Position numbers and translations under genes: made by a program
The notes under the pieces: generated by a model
Seen by the model: the letters and a program-made list of their open reading frames with translations, nothing else
What the model was told of the DNA's origin: nothing
Databases searched by the model: none
Assembly: GCA_964487475.1 (NCBI GenBank)
Contig: CAZAPM010000007.1
Span: forward strand, 41,699-105,698
Direction of reading: 5' to 3'
DNA length: 64,000 nucleotides
Origin: an uncultured Planctomycetales bacterium
GTDB lineage: Bacteria; Omnitrophota; Gorgyraeia; Gygaellales; Profunditerraquicolaceae
In this document: piece after piece, positions 1-8,952 of the stretch
Layout of the letters: the number at the start of each line of letters is the position of its first letter
How positions within the stretch are numbered: the first letter of the stretch is position 1

Positions 1-1203
1 GCGGGTCTGTGGTTCGCGCTGCTGACCGCTGTTTCCACGGTGCTGATCTTCTATACCGTGGAGCTGCGCAGCTACGGGATGCTGCTGTTCGTTTCCTACT
101 GTTCTTTGTATTATTTCATCACCCTCTTGACTTCGGGATCACCCGGCAGGTACCGCCGCTTCGCCTGTTTCTCCGCGCTGATGCTGTATGTGCACCAGTT
201 CGGAGTGGCGATCCTGGCAGTGGAGGCGGCGTTATGCCTTGCGTATCTCCGTCCGCTTAAATTGGATAAGGCGGCGTGGATAAAGAGCTTCTTCGCGGTG
301 TTCCTTTACAGCGTTCCCGCGCTCTGGTTTAACCTGGTCTTCAAGCAGGGGACGTACGGGGTGTACATCGGCCAGGGTCTTTATTCTGCGGATACCCCGG
401 GGTTGTCCGAACTTTTGTATGTCCTGTATCTGCTCTTTAACCGGATGATCTTTACGTACCTGCTGGCCGGGATCTGTATCCTGGCGTTGTTCCAGGCGCT
501 GCGGCCGATGCGGGGGCTTTCTTTTTCCCAATGGGGGGGAAGGGCGCGGGACTGGAGTGTTTCCCATCCCGCGGCGGTCACGGTGAGCGCGGCGGCGCTG
601 CTCCCTTTTGCGGCACTGTTCTTTTTCAAGGCCGGCGAGATTTCCCTGTTCGTGCACTGTACCAGGTACGTGCTCGTTTCCTGGAGCCTGTTGTGTTTTT
701 TCCCTGCCGTCGCTTTGGCCGCGGTGCGCATTCCCGCGAAACGGCTCCTGTTCGGCCTTCTGGCGCTCTGGTCCGTGGCGCATGCGTTCCAGCTCCAGTC
801 GCACAATAAGGGGATATGGTATTCACAGTATCTGGACAAGGATGAGGAAAGCGCCTTGATCCTGGCGGATTGGAAGGATACGGATTTGCTGGCCACCCCG
901 ATCCAGGGGATGGCGTATTATCTTGACCTTTTTACGCGGCTGAAGGTGCCGCTTGCGGTCATCACTGACCGGGAGTATATGGCGCGCAATTATGCGCTGC
1001 GTTTCGCCACGCATAATTTCATCGAGAAGGAACTGGTCTTCTCGCCGGAGGATATCCCGGCGGGCAGGAGGATGTGGGTATTGGTGTGCGGTGAATCATT
1101 CAGCGATCCGAGCTGGAGGTGGATCCTGACTTCTCCCGGGCTGAGTATCCTGAAGTCGTATTCCCGGAAAAAGACCCAATTGTACCTTATTGAAAGGAAA
1201 TAG
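1..1203 (+). CDS. Polytopic membrane protein of unknown function; the 5' end runs off the window (frame open from nt 1)
   Basis: The frame is open from nt 1 (GLWFALLTAV...). The product has many hydrophobic helices with Trp/Tyr-rich loops. It ends 2 nt before acsC, so it is probably co-transcribed. Confidence 0.5.
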   Translation, partial: AGLWFALLTAVSTVLIFYTVELRSYGMLLFVSYCSLYYFITLLTSGSPGRYRRFACFSALMLYVHQFGVAILAVEAALCLAYLRPLKLDKAAWIKSFFAVFLYSVPALWFNLVFKQGTYGVYIGQGLYSADTPGLSELLYVLYLLFNRMIFTYLLAGICILALFQALRPMRGLSFSQWGGRARDWSVSHPAAVTVSAAALLPFAALFFFKAGEISLFVHCTRYVLVSWSLLCFFPAVALAAVRIPAKRLLFGLLALWSVAHAFQLQSHNKGIWYSQYLDKDEESALILADWKDTDLLATPIQGMAYYLDLFTRLKVPLAVITDREYMARNYALRFATHNFIEKELVFSPEDIPAGRRMWVLVCGESFSDPSWRWILTSPGLSILKSYSRKKTQLYLIERK

Positions 1204-1205
1204 CC

Positions 1206-2531
1206 ATGGCACTTTCCGGTCTGGATATCTATAAGCTGCTGCCGAAAACCAATTGCCGTGAGTGCGGGTTCGTGACCTGCCTCGCGTTCGCCATGCAGCT
1301 GGCCAAGAAGGCGGTCGGCATCGATAAGTGCCCGCATATAAGTCCGGCGTCAAAATCGTCCCTGGAAGCCGCCAGTCAGCCGCCGATCAAGCTGGTCAGG
1401 ATCGGCGCCGGAAAGCGGCAGTTCAGCGTGGGCAATGAGACGGTGCTTTTCCGGCACGAGGAAAAATTCTTCAATCCCTGCGGTATCGGGATCATTCTCG
1501 ACGATACTTTATCTTCCGAAGAAATATCCTCGCGTGTGCGCAAGATCAATGCCCTGGTCTTTGAGAGGGTAGGCCAGACCCTTTCCGTAGACGCGGTTGC
1601 AGTGCGGCAGGTCAAAGGGGGAGATGCTTTCGTCGCGGCAGTCGAAGCCGCAGCGTCGGCGACCGATCTGGGGCTGGTGCTGATGAGCGGTGATCCGGCA
1701 GTCCTGGCTAAGGTCTTGCCGAAGATATCCGCCGGCCGGCCCTTGCTTTTTCCCGGCCCGGGAGCGGACTTAGCGCAGATCCTTCCTCTCGCCAAGGCGC
1801 ACGGAGTGCCCCTGGTGGTTTCCGGCAATACCCTGGAAGACGTGGCGGCCAGGACTTCGGAGTGCGCGGCCGCAGTGCCCGAACTCATGATCGACACCGG
1901 AAGGAGATCCGTGCCGCAGAAGCTCTGGGACCTGACCCAGGCGCGCCGGCTGGCCTTGAAGAAGTCGAACCGGGCGCTGGGATATCCCATGATCACGGTC
2001 GCGGACCAGGGGGATGCCTTCGATCAGGTGCTGGAAGCGCAGACGTACGTCGCGAAATACGCCGGCATGGTATTGTTGGCGACCCAGGACCCCGCGGCGT
2101 TGCTCGCGCTGCTGACCTGCCGCCAGAACATCTATACCGACCCGCAGAAACCCCTCCAGATCGAGCCGAAAGTGTATCCCATCGGACAGGTGAGCGCGAA
2201 ATCCCCGGTGCTGGTCACCACCAATTTTTCCCTGAGCTATTATACCGTGCTGGGGGAGGTCGAGGCCAGTAAGGTCCCGACGTATATCCTGACCGTGGAT
2301 ACAGAAGGGCAGTCCGTGCTTACCGCCTGGGCTTCCGAGAAATTCAACGGGGAGACCGTGCGCAAGGCCATGGACCGTTTCGGGGTGGCGGACCTGGTCT
2401 CGCACAAGGAGATCATCATCCCCGGGTACGTCGCGGTGATGAGCGGGGACTTAGAGGATCAAACCGGGTGGAAGGTGATCGTAGGGCCGAAAGAAGCGGC
2501 CGGGATACCCTCATTCCTGAAAAACCGATGA
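1206..2531 (+). CDS. acsC: Corrinoid iron-sulfur protein large (gamma) subunit, CO dehydrogenase/acetyl-CoA synthase complex
   Basis: The N-terminus is LSGLDIYKLLPKTNCRECGFVTCLAFAMQLA, the [4Fe-4S] Cys motif of AcsC/CdhE. At 441 aa the length is typical. My recalled Moorella AcsC sequence matches closely along the whole length. Confidence 0.9.
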   Translation: MALSGLDIYKLLPKTNCRECGFVTCLAFAMQLAKKAVGIDKCPHISPASKSSLEAASQPPIKLVRIGAGKRQFSVGNETVLFRHEEKFFNPCGIGIILDDTLSSEEISSRVRKINALVFERVGQTLSVDAVAVRQVKGGDAFVAAVEAAASATDLGLVLMSGDPAVLAKVLPKISAGRPLLFPGPGADLAQILPLAKAHGVPLVVSGNTLEDVAARTSECAAAVPELMIDTGRRSVPQKLWDLTQARRLALKKSNRALGYPMITVADQGDAFDQVLEAQTYVAKYAGMVLLATQDPAALLALLTCRQNIYTDPQKPLQIEPKVYPIGQVSAKSPVLVTTNFSLSYYTVLGEVEASKVPTYILTVDTEGQSVLTAWASEKFNGETVRKAMDRFGVADLVSHKEIIIPGYVAVMSGDLEDQTGWKVIVGPKEAAGIPSFLKNR

Positions 2532-4453
2532 CGCAAAAATACAAGGTATCTTTTCTTCCGGACAACCGGACCGTGGAGGTGGCGCAGGGAACGTCCGTGC
2601 TTTCCGCCGCGATCACCGCGGGGATCTATGTCAATTCCAGCTGCGGAGGCGAAGGGGTGTGCGGCCGCTGCAAGGTGGTGGTCTCCAAGGGGAAGGTGCT
2701 TTCCCGTTCCTCCGGCCATCTGACCGCGGAAGAGCGGGGACGGGGGGTGTATCTGGCATGCGAGACCCAGGTGGCATCGGATTGCGAAGTGCTGATCCCT
2801 CCGGAATCCCGGCTTTCCCTTGACGGCCTGACCAGGGAAGAGGTGCTGCAACGCCTTAAGAACGAGTACTCCGATTCCGAAGAGGTGCAGTCCTTTGCCG
2901 AAGCCGCGGCCCCTGCCGCCTTCGGCCCTCTGGTGCGCAAGGTGGCCTTGACGCTGCCGGCACCCACGCTCGAGGATAAGGTCAGCGATCTGGAGCGGGT
3001 GCAGCGGGAATTGATGCGTACCGCCTGTGTGTGCGCCGGTTACGCTTCCCTGGCCACCCTTAAAGGCTTGGGCGAGCTGCTGCGTTCGGCGCAGTGGGAA
3101 GTGACCGTGACCATCGGGATGCGCAGCGGGCTTTGGGACATGCTTTTCATCGAGGCGGGGAATACCGCTTCGCGTAATTACGGCCTGGTCTTCGATATCG
3201 GCACCACCACCCTTTCCGGACAGTTGGTGGACCTGGTCACCGGCACGGTGCTGGGGACCAAAGCGACGTATAATAAGCAGGCGGTCTTCGGCAGCGACGT
3301 GATCACCAGGATCATCTACGCCAAGGATTCTGACGGCCTGGAAGAGCTGCACCGCGCGGTGGTGGAGGATATGAACGGGATGGCGCAGGAGATGGCCGCG
3401 GAGCATTCCGTCGATCCCAATGACATCACCTGCTGCGTGGCCAGCGGCAACACTACCATGACCCACCTGCTGCTGCGGGTGGACCCGTCCTATATCCGCA
3501 GGGACCCGTATGTGCCGGTGCTTAACTCCGTGCCGGTGATGCGGGCCTCCGATATCTCCCTGCGTATCAATCCCCGCGGCCTGCTGTACTGTCTGCCGGG
3601 AGTGGCAAGTTACGTGGGGGGCGATGTCACTGCCGGAGTGCTTTCCAGCGGGCTGGCCCGCAGGCCGGGGCTTTCGGTGCTGATCGATATCGGGACCAAC
3701 GGGGAAGTGGTCGTCGGCAACAGCGAGTTCATGATCGCCTGTGCGGCATCCGCCGGGCCGGCGTTCGAGGGCAGCGGGGTGCGCTGCGGGATGCGCGCCG
3801 CCAGAGGGGCGCTGCAGGACATAGCGGTGGACCCTGCGACGCTGGAACCTTCCTTTACCGTGATCGGCGGTGAACGTCCGCTCGGTATCTGCGGTTCGGG
3901 ATACATCGACCTGATCGCGGCGCTGCGCCGCGCCGGGGTGTTGGATAAGGGGGGTAAGTTCGACGAGCGTTCCCATCCCCGCCTGCGCGGTACCGACGAG
4001 GGTAAGGAGTACGTGCTGGTGTGGGCTAAGGATTCGGGGACGCATAAGGATATCGTCATCAGCGAGACCGATATCGAGAACCTGAAGCGGGCGAAAGCGG
4101 CGATCTACGCCGGGGTCTCCATCCTGATCAGGCATTTAGGGCTTTCTTTTTCGCAGGTGGAGACGTTCTTCGTCGCCGGCGGGTTCGGCACGTACGTGAA
4201 CATGGACAATGCCATTTCGATCGGCCTGTTGCCGGACCTGCCCCGGGAAAAGTTCGCTTTCATCGGCAACAGTTCCCTGGCCGGAAGCCGGATGGCGGCG
4301 CTTTCTCTCGAGGGATGGAATTTTGCCGACGAGCTGGCCCGCAAGATGACTTACCTGGAGCTTTCGGTCGAGCCGGCGTATATGGACGAGTATATGGCGG
4401 CGATGTTCTTTCCCCATACCGACCTCACCCTTTTCCCGAGCGTGAAACACTGA
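2528..4453 (+). CDS. acsV: Reductive activator of corrinoid Fe-S protein (RACo/AcsV): N-terminal 2Fe-2S ferredoxin domain plus ASKHA ATPase domain (DUF4445)
   Basis: The internal Met 21 of the ORF begins MTQKYKVSFLPDNRTVEVAQGTSV...SSCGGEGVCGRCKV, a plant-type ferredoxin motif. A large ATPase-like body follows. The gene sits between acsC and cooC as in Moorella. ATGA overlap with the acsC stop. Confidence 0.85.
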   Translation: MTQKYKVSFLPDNRTVEVAQGTSVLSAAITAGIYVNSSCGGEGVCGRCKVVVSKGKVLSRSSGHLTAEERGRGVYLACETQVASDCEVLIPPESRLSLDGLTREEVLQRLKNEYSDSEEVQSFAEAAAPAAFGPLVRKVALTLPAPTLEDKVSDLERVQRELMRTACVCAGYASLATLKGLGELLRSAQWEVTVTIGMRSGLWDMLFIEAGNTASRNYGLVFDIGTTTLSGQLVDLVTGTVLGTKATYNKQAVFGSDVITRIIYAKDSDGLEELHRAVVEDMNGMAQEMAAEHSVDPNDITCCVASGNTTMTHLLLRVDPSYIRRDPYVPVLNSVPVMRASDISLRINPRGLLYCLPGVASYVGGDVTAGVLSSGLARRPGLSVLIDIGTNGEVVVGNSEFMIACAASAGPAFEGSGVRCGMRAARGALQDIAVDPATLEPSFTVIGGERPLGICGSGYIDLIAALRRAGVLDKGGKFDERSHPRLRGTDEGKEYVLVWAKDSGTHKDIVISETDIENLKRAKAAIYAGVSILIRHLGLSFSQVETFFVAGGFGTYVNMDNAISIGLLPDLPREKFAFIGNSSLAGSRMAALSLEGWNFADELARKMTYLELSVEPAYMDEYMAAMFFPHTDLTLFPSVKH

Positions 4454-4456
4454 ACT

Positions 4457-5206
4457 ATGGCGTATATCATCGCGGTTGCCGGAAAAGGCGGAGTGGGGAA
4501 GACGACGATATGCGCGCTGCTGGTCTCTATCCTGGCGCAGCGTTCTCCCGGATCGGTCCTGGCGATCGACGCGGACCCCAACAGCAACTTAGGCGAAGTG
4601 CTGGGGCTGCCTTCGGGCAGGAGCATCGGGGAGGTGCTGGACGAGCTTTCCGCTTCCCTGGATAACGTGCCGGGGGGCATGAGCAAGGACCGGTACCTGG
4701 AATACCAGGTGCAGCAGGCGGTGGCGGAAGGAGAGGGGTTCGACCTTCTCACCATGGGGAAACCGGAAGGGCCGGGATGCTATTGTTACGTGAACAATAT
4801 CCTGCGCGCCATGATGGAGAAGCTCTCCCGGGAGTACCGGTACGTGGTGATCGATAACGAGGCGGGACTGGAGCATCTTTCCCGTCGGACCACGCGGCGG
4901 GCGGACATGCTGCTGGTGGTATCCGATCCGACGGCGGTGGGGTTGCGCGCCGCCGCACGGATCAATGCGCTGGCAGGGGAACTTAAGATAGAGATCGGGA
5001 AAAGGAAACTGTTGCTGAACAAGGTGCAGGCAGAGGTGCCGGCCTCGCGGGTCGCGGAGACCGGGCTGGAGCTTCTGGGGACGGTACCCATGGATGCGCA
5101 GATCGCGGGGATGAGCATCGAAGGCGCTCCGCTCGTGTCGGCGGATCAATCCTGGCCCGCCGCCTCGGCGCTGCGCCAACTCGGAGAGATGGTATGGCAG
5201 AAGTGA
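4457..5206 (+). CDS. cooC: CODH/ACS nickel-insertion accessory ATPase (CooC/AcsF, MinD/ParA family)
   Basis: AVAGKGGVGKTT deviant Walker A. 249 aa. Position between RACo and acsD. Confidence 0.85.
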   Translation: MAYIIAVAGKGGVGKTTICALLVSILAQRSPGSVLAIDADPNSNLGEVLGLPSGRSIGEVLDELSASLDNVPGGMSKDRYLEYQVQQAVAEGEGFDLLTMGKPEGPGCYCYVNNILRAMMEKLSREYRYVVIDNEAGLEHLSRRTTRRADMLLVVSDPTAVGLRAAARINALAGELKIEIGKRKLLLNKVQAEVPASRVAETGLELLGTVPMDAQIAGMSIEGAPLVSADQSWPAASALRQLGEMVWQK

Positions 5207-6159
5207 TGATCGAAAAATGGTCGGGTTCGGTTTCGACGGTGACTATCGGCGCTACCCGTGAGCAGGGGGGGACCAGGTCGGCTGCGGTGCAGGTGGGCGG
5301 GCAGAAGACCCTGCCCTTCCTTTTTCCGGAAGGGGACCTGCCGCATAAGCCGGTGATCGCCTGGGAGGTGTGGGATGTTCCTCCTCAGGAGTGGCCGCAG
5401 ACGCTCACTGCCGAGTATGGCCGGGTATTGCAGGATCCTCTGGAGTGGGCCGCAACCTGCGTCGAGAAGTTCCACGCGCAGCTTTTGTGCGTGCGTTTGC
5501 AGGGCGCGCATCCGGATAACGGCAATAAGACCCCGGCGGAGGAGGCGGCCTTTATCAAGGCGCTGCTGAAGAGGGTCTCCGTGCCTTTGATCATCGCGGG
5601 GTGCGGGGATGACGCCAAGGACAACCAGGTGCTGCCTGCGGTAAGCGAAGCGGCCAGGGGTGAGCGCTGCCTTATCGGAAGCGCGGTACAGGACAATTAC
5701 AAGACGCTGGCTGCCGCGGCGCTGGCGGACGGCCATTCGGTCATCGCGGAATCCCCCATCGATATCAATATCGCCAAGCAGCTCAATATCCTGATCTCGG
5801 ACCTCGGATTGCCTCTCGAACGCCTGGTCATCGATCCCACGATCGGCGGCCTGGGCTACGGTCTGGAGTATGCCTATTCCATCATGGAACGGGCGCGCCT
5901 GGCGGCGCTGGCCGGGGACAGGACGGTAGCGTCCCCCTTCATCTGTTTTATCGGCCAGGAAGCCTGGAAGACGAAGGAGGCGGTGGCGCCGCAGTCGGAA
6001 TTTCCCGCTTGGGGAGATGAGTCCGTGCGTGGTATACTATGGGAAGCGGCAACCGGGGTCACGCTGCTTCAGTCCGGAGCGGATATCCTGGTGATGCGCC
6101 ATCCGAAAGCGATAGAAAAAGTCGCGTCCTATCTGGATGCGGCATACCGGAAAAATTAA
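5194..6159 (+). CDS. acsD: Corrinoid iron-sulfur protein small (delta) subunit
   Basis: TIGATREQGGTRSAAVQVGGQKTLPF resembles the AcsD N-terminus. 321 aa. Lies upstream of acsE. Confidence 0.85.
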   Translation: MAEVMIEKWSGSVSTVTIGATREQGGTRSAAVQVGGQKTLPFLFPEGDLPHKPVIAWEVWDVPPQEWPQTLTAEYGRVLQDPLEWAATCVEKFHAQLLCVRLQGAHPDNGNKTPAEEAAFIKALLKRVSVPLIIAGCGDDAKDNQVLPAVSEAARGERCLIGSAVQDNYKTLAAAALADGHSVIAESPIDINIAKQLNILISDLGLPLERLVIDPTIGGLGYGLEYAYSIMERARLAALAGDRTVASPFICFIGQEAWKTKEAVAPQSEFPAWGDESVRGILWEAATGVTLLQSGADILVMRHPKAIEKVASYLDAAYRKN

Positions 6160-6170
6160 GGGAGCAGGGA

Positions 6171-6959
6171 ATGTTCGTGATAGGAGAGTTGATCAACGGG
6201 ATGTACTCCCGCATCGGAAAGGCGATCCGGGAAAAGGACGCGCAGGCAGTGCAGCAGTGCGCCCTGGAACAGGTGGCCGCCGGAGCGGATGCGCTGGATA
6301 TCAACTGCGGGCCGGCGAGCCGTACCCCGGAAACGGACATGCCCTGGCTGGTGGAGACGGTACAGCAGGTGACGGATAAGCCCCTGTGCCTTGATTCCAG
6401 CAAGCCCAAAGTGATCGAGGCAGGGTTGAAAGTGCTTGCGCATAAGGGTATCGTCAACTCCACGACCGCCGATCCCGAGAAACTTTCGCAGTTGCTTCCG
6501 CTCGCGCAGCGTTACGGAGCCAGGCTCATCGGCATTACCATCGACGCCAAGGGGATCCCCCAGACCAAGGACCAGCGCCTGGAACTGGCCGCGGGGATCG
6601 TATCCGCAGCGCAGGAGGCGGGGTTCCCGCTCGATGAGCTGCTGCTTGACCCTATCGTGCTGCCCGTCAACGTGGCGCAGGCGCAGATGGGGGAGATCCT
6701 GGAGTCCATCAGGGATTTCAAGCTTTTGAGCGACCCGGCTCCGAAGACGGTGATCGGCTTAAGCAACGTTTCCCAGGGCGCGGGCCCGCGCAGCCTGATC
6801 AACCGCACCTTCCTTTCCATGGCCGTCGCCTACGGCCTGGATGCCGCGATCCTCGACCCTCTCGATGCCGATCTGATGGATACCCTGATCACCGCCGAAC
6901 TTATCGCCAACAAGCAGATCTACTGTGAAACGTTCCTGGACGCCTACAGAAAGAAGTGA
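6171..6959 (+). CDS. acsE: Methyltetrahydrofolate:corrinoid iron-sulfur protein methyltransferase (pterin-binding, DHPS-like fold)
   Basis: The internal Met begins MFVIGELINGMYSRIGKAIREKDAQAVQQ...DALDINCGP. It is about 262 aa, like Moorella AcsE, and is preceded by the RBS GGGAGCAGGG. Confidence 0.85.
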   Translation: MFVIGELINGMYSRIGKAIREKDAQAVQQCALEQVAAGADALDINCGPASRTPETDMPWLVETVQQVTDKPLCLDSSKPKVIEAGLKVLAHKGIVNSTTADPEKLSQLLPLAQRYGARLIGITIDAKGIPQTKDQRLELAAGIVSAAQEAGFPLDELLLDPIVLPVNVAQAQMGEILESIRDFKLLSDPAPKTVIGLSNVSQGAGPRSLINRTFLSMAVAYGLDAAILDPLDADLMDTLITAELIANKQIYCETFLDAYRKK

Positions 6960-6962
6960 CCT

Positions 6963-7343
6963 ATGGTAAAACGCGTATTGCGTCAGATCTTCAAAGTGCA
7001 CGGTTTCCGCGACAGCCTGGCATTGGCGCTTAAAGGCATCGGGTACCTGTTCGTGTACCATCGCAATATGCGGCTGATCTTCCTGGTGGGCCTGGCTTCC
7101 ATCGGGGCGGGGTTCTATTTCAAGCTCAAGGGCATCGAGCTTACGGCGTTGAGCATCACCATCACGCTGGTGCTGATGGCGGAGATATTCAACACCGCGG
7201 TGGAGCTGATGGTGGATATGTTCACCGACAAGTTCCATCCACTGATCAAGCTCATTCTCGATATCTCCGCGGCGGTAGTGGTGCTGGCGTGCATCAACGC
7301 GATCGCGGTAGGGTACATCCTTTTCATCAGGAAGATGTTCTAA
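6963..7343 (+). CDS. dgkA: Diacylglycerol/undecaprenol kinase, prokaryotic DgkA family
   Basis: 126 aa with 3 TM helices. EIFNTAVELMVD matches the DgkA E..N.A.E catalytic motif. Confidence 0.8.
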   Translation: MVKRVLRQIFKVHGFRDSLALALKGIGYLFVYHRNMRLIFLVGLASIGAGFYFKLKGIELTALSITITLVLMAEIFNTAVELMVDMFTDKFHPLIKLILDISAAVVVLACINAIAVGYILFIRKMF

Positions 7344-7353
7344 CCCCGGACGG

Positions 7354-7779
7354 ATGGCGCTGAAAATACTGCTTAACCGGACGCAACGTTTGTTCGTCTT
7401 CGCGCTGGCTTTTCTGCTGGCGCTGGAGTTCCTTTCCCTGGTAGTGGTGGTGTATTTTGCCCGTTTTGCGCTCTTCATCGCGTATTTCCTTACAATACTT
7501 AAATATCTCTCTCCGGTGTTCCTGGGCGCGTACGCGCTGTTCCTGCTGGTGATGTTCCTGGCCAAGGGCCGGGAACTGGCGGTGATCAGCTGGAAAGAGT
7601 ACTTCCTGGAGACGATGCGTTTTGCCGCGCTCTCCTTCATCCTGGGGACGGCGTTTCTGCTGGGGTGCAGCCTGTTGGGCACCATTGTCGCGTTCCTGCA
7701 CAGTCAGTTGTCCTCCGTGCCGGTGGTGCACCAGACGGTGGAGGAGCTCAGGCTCTGGGTGCAGGCGCAGTTCTATTGA
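7354..7779 (+). CDS. Hypothetical small membrane protein (about 4 TM)
   Basis: ORF in line with the + strand gene array. Strongly hydrophobic. No recognisable motif. Confidence 0.45.
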   Translation: MALKILLNRTQRLFVFALAFLLALEFLSLVVVVYFARFALFIAYFLTILKYLSPVFLGAYALFLLVMFLAKGRELAVISWKEYFLETMRFAALSFILGTAFLLGCSLLGTIVAFLHSQLSSVPVVHQTVEELRLWVQAQFY

Positions 7780-7800
7780 TGCGTGTTAAAGGGAGGGAGG

Positions 7801-8076
7801 ATGAACGCTGATCTGGCCGCATTCTTTACCGAAGAAGGGTTCAGGCAGTTCCTGGCGCAGCCGTACTCCGGGCCTATCATCGCCAACGTCTTTTTCGTGC
7901 TGGTGAGCCTGGCGATGCGGGTGCGTTTTTCCACCGTGCTCATCCTGCTGGCGGGAGGGGCGATCTGTTCGGCGGCAGCGGTGGCGATCTCCCAGCCGAT
8001 CCTGCGCTGGGTCGTTTCCGGGCTCTTCGGAGGTACGGTGCTCTTCCTGGTGTTCAGCAACGAATCCCGTCCCTGA
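7801..8076 (+). CDS. Hypothetical small membrane protein
   Basis: The ATG at 7801 follows the RBS AGGGAGGGAGG. The GTG at 7783 in the ORF track is less likely. 2-3 TM helices. Confidence 0.4.
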   Translation: MNADLAAFFTEEGFRQFLAQPYSGPIIANVFFVLVSLAMRVRFSTVLILLAGGAICSAAAVAISQPILRWVVSGLFGGTVLFLVFSNESRP

Positions 8077-8159
8077 ACGGGCCTTTAACGCACCACAAAA
8101 GGGGCTTGCATTTTCCGAATTGTATGGTATTATTAAAACTCTTTCCGGAATTCTTCTAT

Positions 8160-8236
8160 GGCGGAGTAGCTCAGCCTGATAGAGCACGCGGCTCATACCC
8201 GCTTGGTCGGTGGTTTAAATCCACTCTCCGCCACCA
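8160..8236 (+). tRNA. tRNA with anticodon CAT: tRNA-Met, or tRNA-Ile2 if lysidinylated
   Basis: Cloverleaf read by eye. Acceptor GGCGGAG/CTCCGCC, anticodon loop CTCATAC, T-loop TTTAAAT, and CCA is encoded. Confidence 0.85.
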
Positions 8237-8261
8237 TTTTCCTTCTTAAGGAGGGGTCGTC

Positions 8262-8924
8262 ATGGGCAGGCTCGTTCTGATCATCGCGCTTTTGTTATTG
8301 CCGTGTGCCGCGCAGGCGCAGTACCTCGTTGATACGGGCACGCCGAACGAGCTCAGCAGCTTATGGGCTGCGGGATCTTCCCAGAGCCTGGCTTCCCGTT
8401 TTGACTTAGCCGCTCCCGCAACGGTCACCAGCCTGGAAGGGTATTTCCTTGATTCCCGCGACGCCTATTTTTTCTACCCCGGGAATGTCACGGTGTCGCT
8501 TTACCGCGGTACTGCGTTCGATCTTTCCAACCCGCCTTTGGCCATACCGGATGTCTCTTCCAGGATCTTCACTGACAAGTTCGCCGTCAGTATCGCAACA
8601 CATAACGACGGCAGGATGGGGAACTGGTACGGCGTTGACGGTCTGGGCCTGAATTTAGGGCCGGGAAGCTATTGGCTGGCCTTCGGCGCATCCGGTGATA
8701 CGTATGACGGGGGCATGCCGAGCGCATCCCCCAATCCTTTGGCAACCGCGGCCTACGCGTATCCGGCGTATCCCGCAAATACCTACGTCGGTAAATACGG
8801 AAGCTTTTTGGATAACGGGGTCAGGGTCGGAGGCAGTGCTGCGCCTGAACCGGTCAGTACCGCGCTTTTTCTGATAGGGGGAGGCGCATTGACCGCCATA
8901 AAAAGATTCAGGAGAGGCCGGTAG
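8262..8924 (+). CDS. Secreted PEP-CTERM sorting-domain protein
   Basis: Signal peptide MGRLVLIIALLLLPCAAQA. C-terminus PEPVSTALFLIGGGALTAIKRFRRGR, i.e. PEP motif, TM helix and basic tail. Confidence 0.8.
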   Translation: MGRLVLIIALLLLPCAAQAQYLVDTGTPNELSSLWAAGSSQSLASRFDLAAPATVTSLEGYFLDSRDAYFFYPGNVTVSLYRGTAFDLSNPPLAIPDVSSRIFTDKFAVSIATHNDGRMGNWYGVDGLGLNLGPGSYWLAFGASGDTYDGGMPSASPNPLATAAYAYPAYPANTYVGKYGSFLDNGVRVGGSAAPEPVSTALFLIGGGALTAIKRFRRGR

Positions 8925-8952
8925 AACAATCCCACGCAATACTTTTCCGAGA

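Noticed and set aside
2468-2527. Upstream ORF-track starts, including 2468, 6039, 12055, 16027, 17378, 17785, 18251, 37197, 40125, 51152 and 56094
   Set aside because: These N-terminal extensions overlap the preceding gene in another frame and have low-complexity Arg/Gly-rich sequence. Internal Met/GTG starts coincide with conserved protein N-termini, RBSs or ATGA overlaps.
8160-8236. Genomic island or prophage integrated at tRNA-Met, tRNA-Thr or tRNA-Pro
   Set aside because: No integrase, transposase or phage genes are present. No direct repeat of a tRNA 3' end is visible downstream. The flanking genes are housekeeping.
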